Shown here: in pieces, positions 21,037 to 31,238 of the stretch
Numbering within the stretch: position 1 is the stretch's first letter
How the letters are laid out: every line of letters starts with the position of its first letter
Assembly: GCA_051886195.1 (NCBI GenBank)
Contig: JBJEXW010000011.1
Location: 1 to 60,150 of the forward strand
Direction: 5' to 3'
DNA: 60,150 nucleotides
Source of the DNA: Clostridia bacterium
Lineage (GTDB): Bacteria; Bacillota; Clostridia; TANB77; CAG-465
Made by a program: the position numbers and the translations under genes
The notes under the pieces: model-generated
Told to the model about the DNA's origin: nothing
What the model saw: the letters and a program-made list of their open reading frames with translations, nothing else
Databases searched by the model: none

Positions 21037-22526
21037 GTTTGTCTCCTACTTTTTGTTAAATTATTAGTAAGTATTTTCTGTCTTTTATCATCTTCTGAAA
21101 TAGATAATCTAGAAAACAAATTTCTCTTTACTTCAGTAACATTTAGTGGAGCAACTGGATAAGTAAATGTCTTAGTATAGCTATTTGTACTTACTAAACT
21201 TGTAACAAATAACGTTGTAGCGATTCCTATTCCGATAAGTCCACATAAGCTTGCAAGCAACATATATATTATTCTCCACTTTCTTAATCCATTTATTAAA
21301 TTTATATCGTTAAAGGCCAAACTTGAAATCATTGTTATTGCTATAACAATAATCATAATTGGTGATACAATTCCTGCACTTACTGCTGCATCTCCTAAAA
21401 TAAGTGCACCAACAATGGATAAAGTATTTCCAGCCATCTTATTTGATCTTAAATCACTTTCTCTTAATATTTCAAATGCAAATACCATTAAAGCAGCTTC
21501 TACAAATGCAGGAAAAGGAACGCCCTCTCTTTGTGTTGAAAAGGATATTAATAGAGCTGTAGGTATACTTTCTTGGTCAAATGTTATTAATGCTAAATAT
21601 AATGCAGGTACCATAATAGTTAATACCAAACACGCATATCTAATTATCTTTGTTAATGTTATATTTTTTGATCTTTGATACAAATCATCTATATTATTTA
21701 TATAGTCCTCAAAAAAAGATGGCAAAATCAAAGCATAAGGACTATTATCTACTAAAACTGCAATTCTTCCTTGTAGTAAATAATATGATACAATGTCTGG
21801 TCTTTCAGTGTTTATTGATACAGGAAATCCAGATTCATTTCTTTCCTCAATAAATTCTTGAATATAATTTACATCTAATATTCCATCAATTATAATCTTT
21901 CCTATTTTTTCTTCAACAAGTTCAACTAAGTCATTTTTAGCTATACTTGAAACATACATTATTCCAACTTTTGTTTTTGTTTTCGATCCAACTTCTTTTT
22001 CTTTATATACTAAATCTTCTGTTTTTATTCTATTTCTAATTAACCCCACATTCATCATAATATTCTCAACAAAAGAATCTTTGGCTCCCCTTATTGAATT
22101 TTCATTTACTGGTTGGCTAATACTTCTTGAGAGATTTGCTCTTGCATCCATTACATATATTTCATTATCTAAGATAATAACTACAAATCCAGATAATATA
22201 TATTTAAATACATTATCTTTTTCCTTATCCAATTTCTTAACCTTATTAATTGCAATACTATTTTCAAGATAAATTTTTGCTTGATTAATATTGAGCTTTT
22301 CTTCAATTTTTTCTTTTAAAGAATTATTTTCTCTTTCTTCTTTATTATCTGTATTATTTAATACCTCTACTATACTTCTAATAACAAAATTAGATGCTAA
22401 GCTTGAATCTACTAAAGCATCATTAAAAATCACCCAAACTTCATTATTTTTTATGTCCATTTTTCTAAAGAACATATCATCTAAATTTTCGCATTTACTT
22501 TTTATATATTCGACTAAGTTATTCAT
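21033..22526 (-). CDS. GerA-family spore germination A subunit
   Basis: IRGAKDSFVE, TERPD, QREGVPFP, FEILRE, SIVGALILGDAAVSAGIVSP. Confidence 0.95.
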   Translation of the reverse strand: MNNLVEYIKSKCENLDDMFFRKMDIKNNEVWVIFNDALVDSSLASNFVIRSIVEVLNNTDNKEERENNSLKEKIEEKLNINQAKIYLENSIAINKVKKLDKEKDNVFKYILSGFVVIILDNEIYVMDARANLSRSISQPVNENSIRGAKDSFVENIMMNVGLIRNRIKTEDLVYKEKEVGSKTKTKVGIMYVSSIAKNDLVELVEEKIGKIIIDGILDVNYIQEFIEERNESGFPVSINTERPDIVSYYLLQGRIAVLVDNSPYALILPSFFEDYINNIDDLYQRSKNITLTKIIRYACLVLTIMVPALYLALITFDQESIPTALLISFSTQREGVPFPAFVEAALMVFAFEILRESDLRSNKMAGNTLSIVGALILGDAAVSAGIVSPIMIIVIAITMISSLAFNDINLINGLRKWRIIYMLLASLCGLIGIGIATTLFVTSLVSTNSYTKTFTYPVAPLNVTEVKRNLFSRLSISEDDKRQKILTNNLTKSRRQT

Positions 22527-22615
22527 AACTATATTTTCTCCTATTATAGTTATGAATCAAATTATACAAATTTATTCAAAAAAAAGTTATAATAAAAATT
22601 ATAACTTTAAAAAAA

Positions 22616-23371
22616 TTAATAATATCTTTTACCATTTTGACTTATATATAAAACATATTTTGACATTCTTATTGGAATAATTTTATTAAGCACATATATT
22701 ATTTTATTTGTTATTCCAGGAATAATTATCTCTTTTCTTTTCATCGTTTTTTTTACAGCATATTCGGCAACCTTTTCTGAGCTACTTGGTGGAATAAAAA
22801 AACTTATTCCTAGATCACTATTAAAATTAGTATCTACTGAACCAGCACATAATGTTGATATACTTACATTTATTTTTTTCATTTTTAACTCTGTATTAAT
22901 TGCCCTACTCATACTTGTAATATATGCTTTACTTGCATAGTATGAACTCATTAATGGTCCTGGCATAAATCCTAAAATTGAAGATACATTTAAAATTTTT
23001 CCACTATTTCTTTTAACCATATCTTTAAGAAATAGTTTTGTTAGTACATCAGTAGCAATTACGTTTAGATTTAGCATACTTATTTCTTTACTAGTATTTA
23101 TATCATAAAACTCTCCGTAAAGCCCAACACCTGCATTATTTACTAATATATCTATGTTTTCATTCTCTGTCATTTCATGTAGCTTATACATATTTGATAT
23201 AATGCTTAAATCCATGTCTATTATTTTAACATCAGTACTACACTCGTTCATTAAATTATTTAGACAGTCTCTTCTTCTTGCAACTACAATTAAATCATAT
23301 CCGATTCTACTTAAATATCTTGCTATACTATATCCAATTCCAGAAGAAGCCCCAGTAACCAAAGCCTTCAT
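22616..23371 (-). CDS. Short-chain dehydrogenase/reductase (SDR)
   Basis: TGASSGIG, LVNNAG, YYASK; start set at ATG 23371 behind GGAGG. Confidence 0.92.
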   Translation of the reverse strand: MKALVTGASSGIGYSIARYLSRIGYDLIVVARRRDCLNNLMNECSTDVKIIDMDLSIISNMYKLHEMTENENIDILVNNAGVGLYGEFYDINTSKEISMLNLNVIATDVLTKLFLKDMVKRNSGKILNVSSILGFMPGPLMSSYYASKAYITSMSRAINTELKMKKINVSISTLCAGSVDTNFNSDLGISFFIPPSSSEKVAEYAVKKTMKRKEIIIPGITNKIIYVLNKIIPIRMSKYVLYISQNGKRYY

Positions 23372-23512
23372 ATTTTTATCCTCCAATTAACCTCTCATAT
23401 ATCTTTTATCATTATATCTTTCTATTGTCAAGTCATTTATAAATTATTGTAAACTTAAAGGTTGAAAAATATGTCAAAATATAGTATAATAGCCTTATTG
23501 TGAGGTGGTAAT

Positions 23513-24181
23513 ATGAATAGCCAAAGAAGATTTTCTTTTGCTTTCAAAGTAGCGACTATTGTTTGCTGCTTAATTGGAGTTTTGTCTAATCTATTGAAAA
23601 CTACATCAATTATAAGTATTCTTTCATTTTACACAATGCAAAGTAATTTATTTGTATTGACTTTTTATACTGGATACTTTATTGCAAGACTATTTAATCC
23701 AAACGTCGAAAAGACGAAAACATATCACATATTAAAAGGTGCTACCGTAATGGTAATATTTTTAACTTTTATTGTATATAACTTATCCTTACAATCTCTT
23801 GATTTTATGATGGACGTTAGAACATCCTCATCCAATATACTAAGATTTTCGAACATATTTGTTCATTTTTTAACGCCAATCATGGTAATCTTAGATTATG
23901 CTATATTTGACGAAAAAGGATATTTCAAAAAAAGTTATGCACTTATATGGATTGTTTTTCCTGCTCTTTATCCAGTGTATGTGTACACATACGCACATTT
24001 TGGAGGAAGATTTTTTGGTGTAGGCGGATCTAAAAAGTATGCTTATTTTTTCTTAGATATAGACAAAATAGGTTTAGATGGTGTTCTTGGCTATCTGTTA
24101 CTTTTTAGCATCTGTTATTTTTTAGCTAGTTTATTACTCATTAGAATTGATAACTCCCTTGGAAAGCGAAGAAAAAAATAA
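23513..24181 (+). CDS. Pr6Pr / FAR-17a-like membrane protein
   Basis: FYTMQSN, VHFLTP..VILDY, YAYFFLD motifs; about 6 TM. Confidence 0.75.
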   Translation: MNSQRRFSFAFKVATIVCCLIGVLSNLLKTTSIISILSFYTMQSNLFVLTFYTGYFIARLFNPNVEKTKTYHILKGATVMVIFLTFIVYNLSLQSLDFMMDVRTSSSNILRFSNIFVHFLTPIMVILDYAIFDEKGYFKKSYALIWIVFPALYPVYVYTYAHFGGRFFGVGGSKKYAYFFLDIDKIGLDGVLGYLLLFSICYFLASLLLIRIDNSLGKRRKK

Positions 24182-24208
24182 CCCAACTTATTATCCTATG
24201 TAACTCGT

Positions 24209-24240
24209 AAAAAAAAGCAGCTCAAACTTGAGCTGCCCTT
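24209..24240. terminator. Terminator between convergent genes
   Basis: A8-GCAGCTCAA-AC-TTGAGCTGC. Confidence 0.75.
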
Positions 24241-24246
24241 TATTTT

Positions 24247-25035
24247 TTAAAATAACTTATTATCTTGAAGTTCTGCTTCTTTGTGTTCTTTAATATATTT
24301 ACTCCATTTTATATATCCATAAGTTGTATTTGTTAAGTATCCAGCTTTTAGTACTAGTAATACATATTGACCAGATAATATATTTATTGCAGTTTCTAAA
24401 AATGTACTTATATACCAAGCTATCCATTGTTCACGATAACGAAGTAATATAAATACCCCATTTGCTATTCCAACTGCTGATACACAAGCATCTAAGTAAC
24501 ATACTATTACTTCAATAAGTTCATTTCCACCAAATAAATCTGTTCCTATATCTAATGTTGTTAATAAATAGCCTACTCCTATTGTCCATAAAATAATTCC
24601 TGCTATTACAAGTACTTCCATCCAACCACTTAATTTTCTAACTTTTGTTAAATCTTCTTCTTGCTTATCTGGATGTTTATGCCAGTTAATAAAGCTAATT
24701 ATGTCTATTGGTAACCAGAAGAATAAAGTTGATGCCATTGTAGCAAATCTATAAGAAAGTACAATACAAATTAATATTTCTGTTATTTCAACAAATACTG
24801 AAACAATGAAATTCCATTTACTTTGTTTAGAAATTAATAACTCACATAAAATATTTAAAAATATATCTGCAAGATATAGTGCCATTATAATTTTTCCATT
24901 TACGCCATTTACATCCTCTTCAGGAAATAAAAATGCAAATACAATAGCAAGAATTAATATACTAAAAAACCAAATTTTCTCGTATGTTGTAAAATAATTC
25001 CATAGATTTACAAGTCTTTCTTTAATTTTTTTCAT
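24247..25035 (-). CDS. PnuC-like nicotinamide riboside/mononucleotide transporter
   Basis: Polytopic membrane protein; YLDA..SA, RYREQWIAW, NTTYGYIKW. Confidence 0.75.
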   Translation of the reverse strand: MKKIKERLVNLWNYFTTYEKIWFFSILILAIVFAFLFPEEDVNGVNGKIIMALYLADIFLNILCELLISKQSKWNFIVSVFVEITEILICIVLSYRFATMASTLFFWLPIDIISFINWHKHPDKQEEDLTKVRKLSGWMEVLVIAGIILWTIGVGYLLTTLDIGTDLFGGNELIEVIVCYLDACVSAVGIANGVFILLRYREQWIAWYISTFLETAINILSGQYVLLVLKAGYLTNTTYGYIKWSKYIKEHKEAELQDNKLF

Positions 25036-25160
25036 ATTAAAACTATCTCCTTTTCATTTACCGAAATATTATATTATTAAATTAATTCATTGTCAACTAT
25101 AGTCGAAAATAAATTAAAAGAAAAGGAGTACTATTTGTACTCCCTAAATTAATAATATTA

Positions 25161-26312
25161 TTACATTGCCTCTTTAAATAATGCAACAAAATCTTCTTTT
25201 GTAACTTCTCTTGGATTACCTGGTTTACATGCATCATTCATAGCCTTTTCTGCAAGCATATCTAAATCTTCTTCTTTTCCTCCAACATCTTTAACAGTTT
25301 GCGTAATTCCAACTTTTTCAGATAATTCTTTAATAGTCTCAACAAATTTAGAAATAACTTCTTCTTTAGACATATTTTTAGCATCAATATCTAGTGCAAC
25401 CAAAATATCTCTAAATCTTTCATAACATACTTCACCATTAAATTTCATAACTGTTGGTAGTAATATTGCATTTGCAATTCCATGAGGTGTATCATAAACT
25501 GCGCCTAGCTGATGTGCCATAGAATGTACTATTCCAAGTCCAACGTTTGAAAATCCCATTCCAGCAATATATTGAGCTAGTCCCATATTATCTATTGCTT
25601 CCTCATCTTTTTCATTAACTGCAGCTGGTAAATATTTAAATATTAACTTAATTGCTTGCATATGAAACATATCTGACATTGTATTATGTCCTTTAGTAAT
25701 ATATCCCTCAACTGCATGTGTTAAAGCGTCCATACCAGTAGCTGCAGCTAAAGATTTAGGCATAGAAGCCATTAGTTCAGTATCCACAATAGCAATAATT
25801 GGAATATCATGTGGATCAACACATACCATTTTAACTTCTCTATCTTCATCTGTTATAACATAGTTTATTGTTACTTCAGCAGCTGTACCAGCTGTTGTAG
25901 GTAAAGCAATTATTGGTAATCCTTTGTTCTTTGTATTAGATAAACCTTCTAAAGAAACTATATCTTCATTTTGAGGATTTGTCATTATTATTGAAATAGC
26001 TTTAGAGGTATCTATACTTGAGCCGCCTCCAACAGCTACAATTAAATCTGCTCCAAACTCTTTACAAGCTTTTAGACCATCCCATACATTTTTCTTAGTT
26101 GGATTAGGTTTTACATCTGAAAATACCTCAAATTCAATATTTGCTTTTTCTAGTAATTGTGTAACTTTAGTTGTTACTCCAACTTCAAATAAAGATTTAT
26201 CTGTTACTACAAATACCTTTTTATATCCTCTATTTTTTATTTCATCCACAAGAACTTCTCTTGCACCTTTTCCAAAATATGATGTTTCGTTTAATACAAA
26301 TTTTGTTGTCAT
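25161..26312 (-). CDS. fucO: Lactaldehyde reductase-like iron-containing alcohol dehydrogenase
   Basis: LNETSYFG, GGGSSID, PTTAGTAAEVT, GMDALTHA, HSMAHQLG, PHG; start at ATG 26312 behind GGAGG. Confidence 0.88.
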   Translation of the reverse strand: MTTKFVLNETSYFGKGAREVLVDEIKNRGYKKVFVVTDKSLFEVGVTTKVTQLLEKANIEFEVFSDVKPNPTKKNVWDGLKACKEFGADLIVAVGGGSSIDTSKAISIIMTNPQNEDIVSLEGLSNTKNKGLPIIALPTTAGTAAEVTINYVITDEDREVKMVCVDPHDIPIIAIVDTELMASMPKSLAAATGMDALTHAVEGYITKGHNTMSDMFHMQAIKLIFKYLPAAVNEKDEEAIDNMGLAQYIAGMGFSNVGLGIVHSMAHQLGAVYDTPHGIANAILLPTVMKFNGEVCYERFRDILVALDIDAKNMSKEEVISKFVETIKELSEKVGITQTVKDVGGKEEDLDMLAEKAMNDACKPGNPREVTKEDFVALFKEAM

Positions 26313-26325
26313 TTTTCTACCTCCA

Positions 26326-27781
26326 TTATAATACGTTTTTAAGTACAATTGTTTTAATTTTTGAAACTTCTTCTAATGTTGTAGCAATTCCTTCATTTCC
26401 TATACCACTATGCTTCCATCCACCAAATGGCATTTCAGCACTTCTATAGAAACTTGCGCCATTTACTATTGCTCCACCACATTCTAGTTTTGAAGCTATT
26501 TGAATTCCTAGTTTATAATCTTTAGTAATTACGCAACCACATAATCCATAAGAAGATTGATTTGCAATCTCAATTGCTTCTTCAACTGTATCAAATCCAA
26601 TTACTGGAATAACTGGTCCAAATATTTCCATATCTTTTGCAACATCCATATCACGAGTTACATTATCTAAAATAGTTGGTCCATAATATGCAGAATATCT
26701 CTTTCCTCCACATACAACTTTTGCACCTTGTTCTACAGTTTTATTAACATATTCTTCAACTCTTTTTGCAGCTTGAATGTTAATTAATGGTCCCATATCT
26801 GTATCAAAAGATGATGGATCTCCTACTTTAAGTTTAGATATAACTTCTTTCATTCTATCAATAAATTCTTGTTTTCTAGAATTATGAATTAAAAATCTTT
26901 TACTTGCACAACAAACTTGTCCACCATTATATAATCTTCCCCATGTAGCTTCTTTAACAGCTAAATCCATATCTCCATCTTCAAGCATAATAAATGCATC
27001 ATTTCCACCAAGTTCAAGTAAAACATGAGTCAAATTCTGAGAACAAGTAGCCATTGTTTGCATTCCTGCTGCTGTACTTCCTGTAAGTGATACAAGATGT
27101 ACTCCAGGATTTCTTGCTAACGCTTGACCACATACTGGCCCGTCCCCTGTTAATACTTGTATACATCCTGCTGGAACTCCTGCCTCAACCATTAATCTTA
27201 CATATTCTATTAATGTAAGTGGATTATAATTTGATGGCTTAACAATTACAGCATTTCCCATAATTAATGCAGATGGTACTTTTTGTCCAAATAAATCACA
27301 AGGAAAATTAAACGGTATAATAGCTGCAACAACACCTACTGGCTCTCTTACAGTTATTTGCATAGATTTTTCTTGTCCTGGCTCTGCATCTCCTATTAAA
27401 CTTTCACCATATAAATGTTTAGCTTTTTCAACATAACCATTAACAAAAATTCTACAGTTTGCAATTTCTGCCATTGCTTCTTTAATTGGTTTACCAGTTT
27501 CACAAGATAAAAGCCAAGCCAAGTCATCTGCATGATCTTCTACCATATTTGCAAATCTATTTAATATTCTGCCTCTTTTGTGCATCGGCATAGCAGCCCA
27601 TTTCTTTTGTTCAATTTGAGCAACTCTTACAGCTTCTTCAACATCAGCTTCTGAGCAATTTGGAACTCTAGCAATTATTTCTTGAGTAGCAGGGTTATCT
27701 ACCTCAATATATTTTCCATCTTTTGCTTCCTTCCATTCATAACCAATTAAATTTTTAGGATTACCCTGTGGAGCTCTTCAT
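26326..27781 (-). CDS. NAD-dependent aldehyde dehydrogenase whose N-terminus lacks an in-frame start
   Basis: PFNFP, TGST, LELGG, GQVCCA, EIFGP, PFGG; the frame stays open upstream of 27591 to 27777 (KNLIGYEWK..NPAT); the ATG at 27781 is one base out of frame. Confidence 0.85.
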
Positions 27782-28944
27782 TTACCAAGACCAGTAAATG
27801 ATAACATTAATCCTCCGCATGTATTTCTATCATTATTATTTGATCCATATTCACCAAATGTAAATATAGTCATAAATGGTGTATCGCCAGCTTCGTCTTT
27901 TAAACGTTTAGCCACCTCGTCTATTCTATCACCAATTCCTAATTTTCTACCACCACAATGTACTAGTAAATATGCTCCTACTCCATTTGGTAATTTTTCT
28001 TTTACAGATTTCATTGCATCTGTTGTAGAAGTGATTAGTTCATCTACTGAACCTTCCATTTGAATAACAGCTGTACTTTCAGCTAAATTATTTCCTATAT
28101 TCATAGATAAATCATCGTTACCAGCCATTGGATGACGAATAGCAACTAAGTCTCCTAATCTATCTTTTACACCAAGTGGTGCTAAAATAGTTTCAACAAG
28201 AAGATTTCCTCCTTTTAAGTCTTCAACTTTCTTTCCAGTCCATTTAGAATATTGCTCTAATGCTGGGATTCCATTTATTTCTGCTAATTGTCTCTTTCCA
28301 TTTACTTTAGTTATTACTCCTACATTTTTTGTTTCACGATATGCACCAGTATAAACATTAGATAATGGTTTATCTGTGTAGAAAAATGCTACTACACATC
28401 CATCACTAAATATAACATCATCTGCATATAATGACCATAGCCCCTCAACAGTATTATCTGCTGCAGAACCACCAAACATAGGTACTCTTCCTATTACATC
28501 TTCAATTCCTTTTAAGTAATCTTCTTCTTCTTTTGGAGAAGCTGCCATATAGAAATATGAAGGTGCACAAGTTTTTCCTGCTTTTTTCATTGCCTCTTGA
28601 GCTATTTTTCTACCAGTTTCTCTTGCATCCTTATCTAATGCGCTTCCAGCAACTCCTACGCTCATTGCACTATCAGATAAAGCCATAACTCCAACAAAAC
28701 CATTTTCTGAAGTTATATATCCATCAGGTACAATAATTCCTCCACTTGAAGTGCAACCTACTACAGGAACATTTCCTAGGGCCTCTTTTGCTCCTTCTAA
28801 TACTTCTTCAACGTTATTATCTACTGAAGTATAAAGTAGAGCTACTTTTGTTTGTGTTAAATTAAGCATAGCTTTTTGAGCTGCCTCTTTACCAGCTTCT
28901 TTACTTGATTTAGCTGTGCTCCAACCAACATTTGATTTTAACAT
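27778..28944 (-). CDS. Stand-alone FIST (FIST_N + FIST_C) domain protein
   Basis: VGCTSSG, FGGSAAD, EING.PA, HCGGR, FTFGEYG motifs. Confidence 0.85.
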   Translation of the reverse strand: MLKSNVGWSTAKSSKEAGKEAAQKAMLNLTQTKVALLYTSVDNNVEEVLEGAKEALGNVPVVGCTSSGGIIVPDGYITSENGFVGVMALSDSAMSVGVAGSALDKDARETGRKIAQEAMKKAGKTCAPSYFYMAASPKEEEDYLKGIEDVIGRVPMFGGSAADNTVEGLWSLYADDVIFSDGCVVAFFYTDKPLSNVYTGAYRETKNVGVITKVNGKRQLAEINGIPALEQYSKWTGKKVEDLKGGNLLVETILAPLGVKDRLGDLVAIRHPMAGNDDLSMNIGNNLAESTAVIQMEGSVDELITSTTDAMKSVKEKLPNGVGAYLLVHCGGRKLGIGDRIDEVAKRLKDEAGDTPFMTIFTFGEYGSNNNDRNTCGGLMLSFTGLGK

Positions 28945-29179
28945 AATATCTCCCCTTTCGTAAAACTAGTTTACACTTAAATTGTATCAATAATAAAAAG
29001 AATAATCAATTACTTTATGTTATATTTCACACTATTTTCATTCAAAATGTACACTTTAATATGTTTTGTTCACTTTATTAATATATCTTCCATCTTTACT
29101 TTTTATGTAAAGTATGTTATAATATACATGTGCTTGTATATTATATTTTTTTAAAATTTTAAAAGGAGGTCATATTATT

Positions 29180-29839
29180 ATGATTAAAAAAATTATTAAA
29201 AAGGTTTTTGGGATTCTAGTTTTTGTGTTGATTTGTGCAAGTGTCCTTATGGGATATGAATACGTTAAGTACAAAAATAGAGAAGTGGATGAATTAAAAA
29301 GAGAAGTACAAGCTCAAGATGCTGCTGACTTAGAACAGGAGTTATTAAATAAAGAAATAGAAAATGCAAAAAATTATGTTAAAAATATAAATAATGATAT
29401 AGCACTTACTATACTACGTACTAGTGGAAAAATAACACTAACACATGATAAAACTCCAGAAAATAATGCTTGGACAGAATGGCTATTCAATTCAGATATA
29501 AAAGTATATGCAGATTATAACACAGCATTTACAATTGAAATGAATAATATTCAAACAAGTATTTCAGATGATGCAACAGTTAATATAACTTATGATGAAC
29601 ATGATATCACATTATCATCAGTTGATATAACAGATTTTACAACTTCTGAAAATAAAAGTATTTTTGGTAGTTCATATACTCCAGAACAGGTAGCTGCATT
29701 TGAACAAATCGCAAGAAATAATATACTTGAAAAAGTGGATAATGATGCTAACAGAAAACAAGCGCAAAATAATTTAGAATCCTATTTTAAAGTTTTAGCT
29801 AAAAACTTTGATGTCAAAATAAATATAATGCAGAAATAA
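29180..29839 (+). CDS. Membrane-anchored hypothetical protein (DUF4230-like)
   Basis: N-terminal TM, coiled coil, AQNNLESYF near the C-terminus; AGGAGG SD. Confidence 0.6.
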   Translation: MIKKIIKKVFGILVFVLICASVLMGYEYVKYKNREVDELKREVQAQDAADLEQELLNKEIENAKNYVKNINNDIALTILRTSGKITLTHDKTPENNAWTEWLFNSDIKVYADYNTAFTIEMNNIQTSISDDATVNITYDEHDITLSSVDITDFTTSENKSIFGSSYTPEQVAAFEQIARNNILEKVDNDANRKQAQNNLESYFKVLAKNFDVKINIMQK

Positions 29840-29854
29840 TTAAAGCAACCTAAA

Positions 29855-30394
29855 TTAGGTTGCTTTTCTTTTTACAATTCTTCCTGGAACACCAACAATA
29901 GTCACGTTAGACTCAGTATTTTTTAATACTACTGCTCCTGCTCCAATTTTTACATTATCTCCTATAGTAATTGGTCCAAGGACCTTTGCTCCTGCTCCAA
30001 CTAAAACGTTATTTCCAATTGTAGGATGACGTTTATTCTTATCTTTTCCTGTTCCACCTAAAGTTGAGCCATGATATATAGTGCAGTAATCGCCTACTTG
30101 TGCAGTCTCACCAATTACAATTCCCATTCCATGATCTATAAATAATCTTTTACCAATCTGGGCCCCAGGATGAATCTCTATTCCTGTAAAAAATCTTCCT
30201 AACTGTGATATAAGTCTTGCTATAAATTTTAATTTTATATTATAAAATACATGAGCAATTCTATGAAAAACCAATATGTGAAATCCAGGATATAAAAATA
30301 TTACTTCAAAAATATTTTTAGTTGCTGGATCTTTTTGCTGAATATTTTTTGCATCTTTATATAAAGAAACAAAAATATTTTCTTTTTTTGCCAT
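29855..30394 (-). CDS. cysE: Serine O-acetyltransferase
   Basis: [34 protein letters not shown]; start set at ATG 30394. Confidence 0.93.
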   Translation of the reverse strand: MAKKENIFVSLYKDAKNIQQKDPATKNIFEVIFLYPGFHILVFHRIAHVFYNIKLKFIARLISQLGRFFTGIEIHPGAQIGKRLFIDHGMGIVIGETAQVGDYCTIYHGSTLGGTGKDKNKRHPTIGNNVLVGAGAKVLGPITIGDNVKIGAGAVVLKNTESNVTIVGVPGRIVKRKAT

Positions 30395-30467
30395 TTTTAC
30401 CACCTGTTCTAGTTTATGCTATTAATTAATTTTTGTTCTTATGATATAATTTAGTTGGTGGTTTATT

Positions 30468-31193
30468 ATGGAAAATAATGAAAAAATATTAAAATTTAAA
30501 GAAATAATTAGCAATTCAAATTCAATTGTTTTTTTTGGAGGAGCTGGAGTCTCTACAGAAAGTGGTATACCAGATTTTAGAAGCAAAGATGGTCTTTATA
30601 ATATGAAATATAAATATCCACCAGAGCAAATATTAAGCCATACATTTTTTAAAGAAAATACAGAAGAATTTTACAAATTTTACAAAGATAAGCTAAATTC
30701 TTTAAAATATGAACCTAATATAACACATTATGCACTTGCAAATCTTGAAAAAAAAGGAAAATTAACTTCTGTAATTACACAAAATATTGATGGATTACAC
30801 CAAAAAGCTGGATCTACTAGAGTTCATGAACTACACGGGAGTGTTCTTAGAAATTATTGTATAAAATGCCACAACTTTTACGATGCTGAATATGTTTTTA
30901 ATTCTAAAACAATTATCCCAACTTGTAAATGTGGAGGAATAATAAAACCAGATGTTGTTCTTTATGAAGAGCCACTTGATAATAATGTTTATGAAGAAGC
31001 TTTAAAAGATATTTCACATTGTGATGTATTAATAATTGGTGGAACATCGCTTGCTGTTTATCCTGCCTCTTACTTAGTTAGATATTTTAAAGGGAATCAT
31101 ATTATTCTAATAAATAAAGATAAAACACCTTTTGATAGTAACGCCGATTTAGTAATTAATGATTCATTAGGAAATGTTTTTAAAAATATATAA
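30468..31193 (+). CDS. cobB: NAD-dependent protein deacylase (sirtuin)
   Basis: GAGVSTESGIPDFRS, TQNIDGLHQKAG, LHGS, KPDVVLYEE, GTSLAVYPA. Confidence 0.95.
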   Translation: MENNEKILKFKEIISNSNSIVFFGGAGVSTESGIPDFRSKDGLYNMKYKYPPEQILSHTFFKENTEEFYKFYKDKLNSLKYEPNITHYALANLEKKGKLTSVITQNIDGLHQKAGSTRVHELHGSVLRNYCIKCHNFYDAEYVFNSKTIIPTCKCGGIIKPDVVLYEEPLDNNVYEEALKDISHCDVLIIGGTSLAVYPASYLVRYFKGNHIILINKDKTPFDSNADLVINDSLGNVFKNI

Positions 31194-31238
31194 AAAATAA
31201 AGTAATGGCTTAATATACAAACCATTACTTTTCTTTAC

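Noticed and set aside
22548-22578. Possible SigG promoter (GAATA-18-CATAACT) for the ger operon
   Set aside because: Plausible, but the -10 match is imperfect and such motifs are frequent in AT-rich DNA
27750-27780. Genome-wide TGA reassignment or selenocysteine at the FIST stop
   Set aside because: No other gene needs an in-frame TGA, TGA ends two other genes, and the position is a linker rather than a catalytic Cys; kept only as local readthrough
29018-29031. TGTTA-n4-TCACA upstream of the FIST operon as a Rex/CRP/cre site
   Set aside because: Spacing is wrong for Rex/CRP and it lacks the central CG of cre
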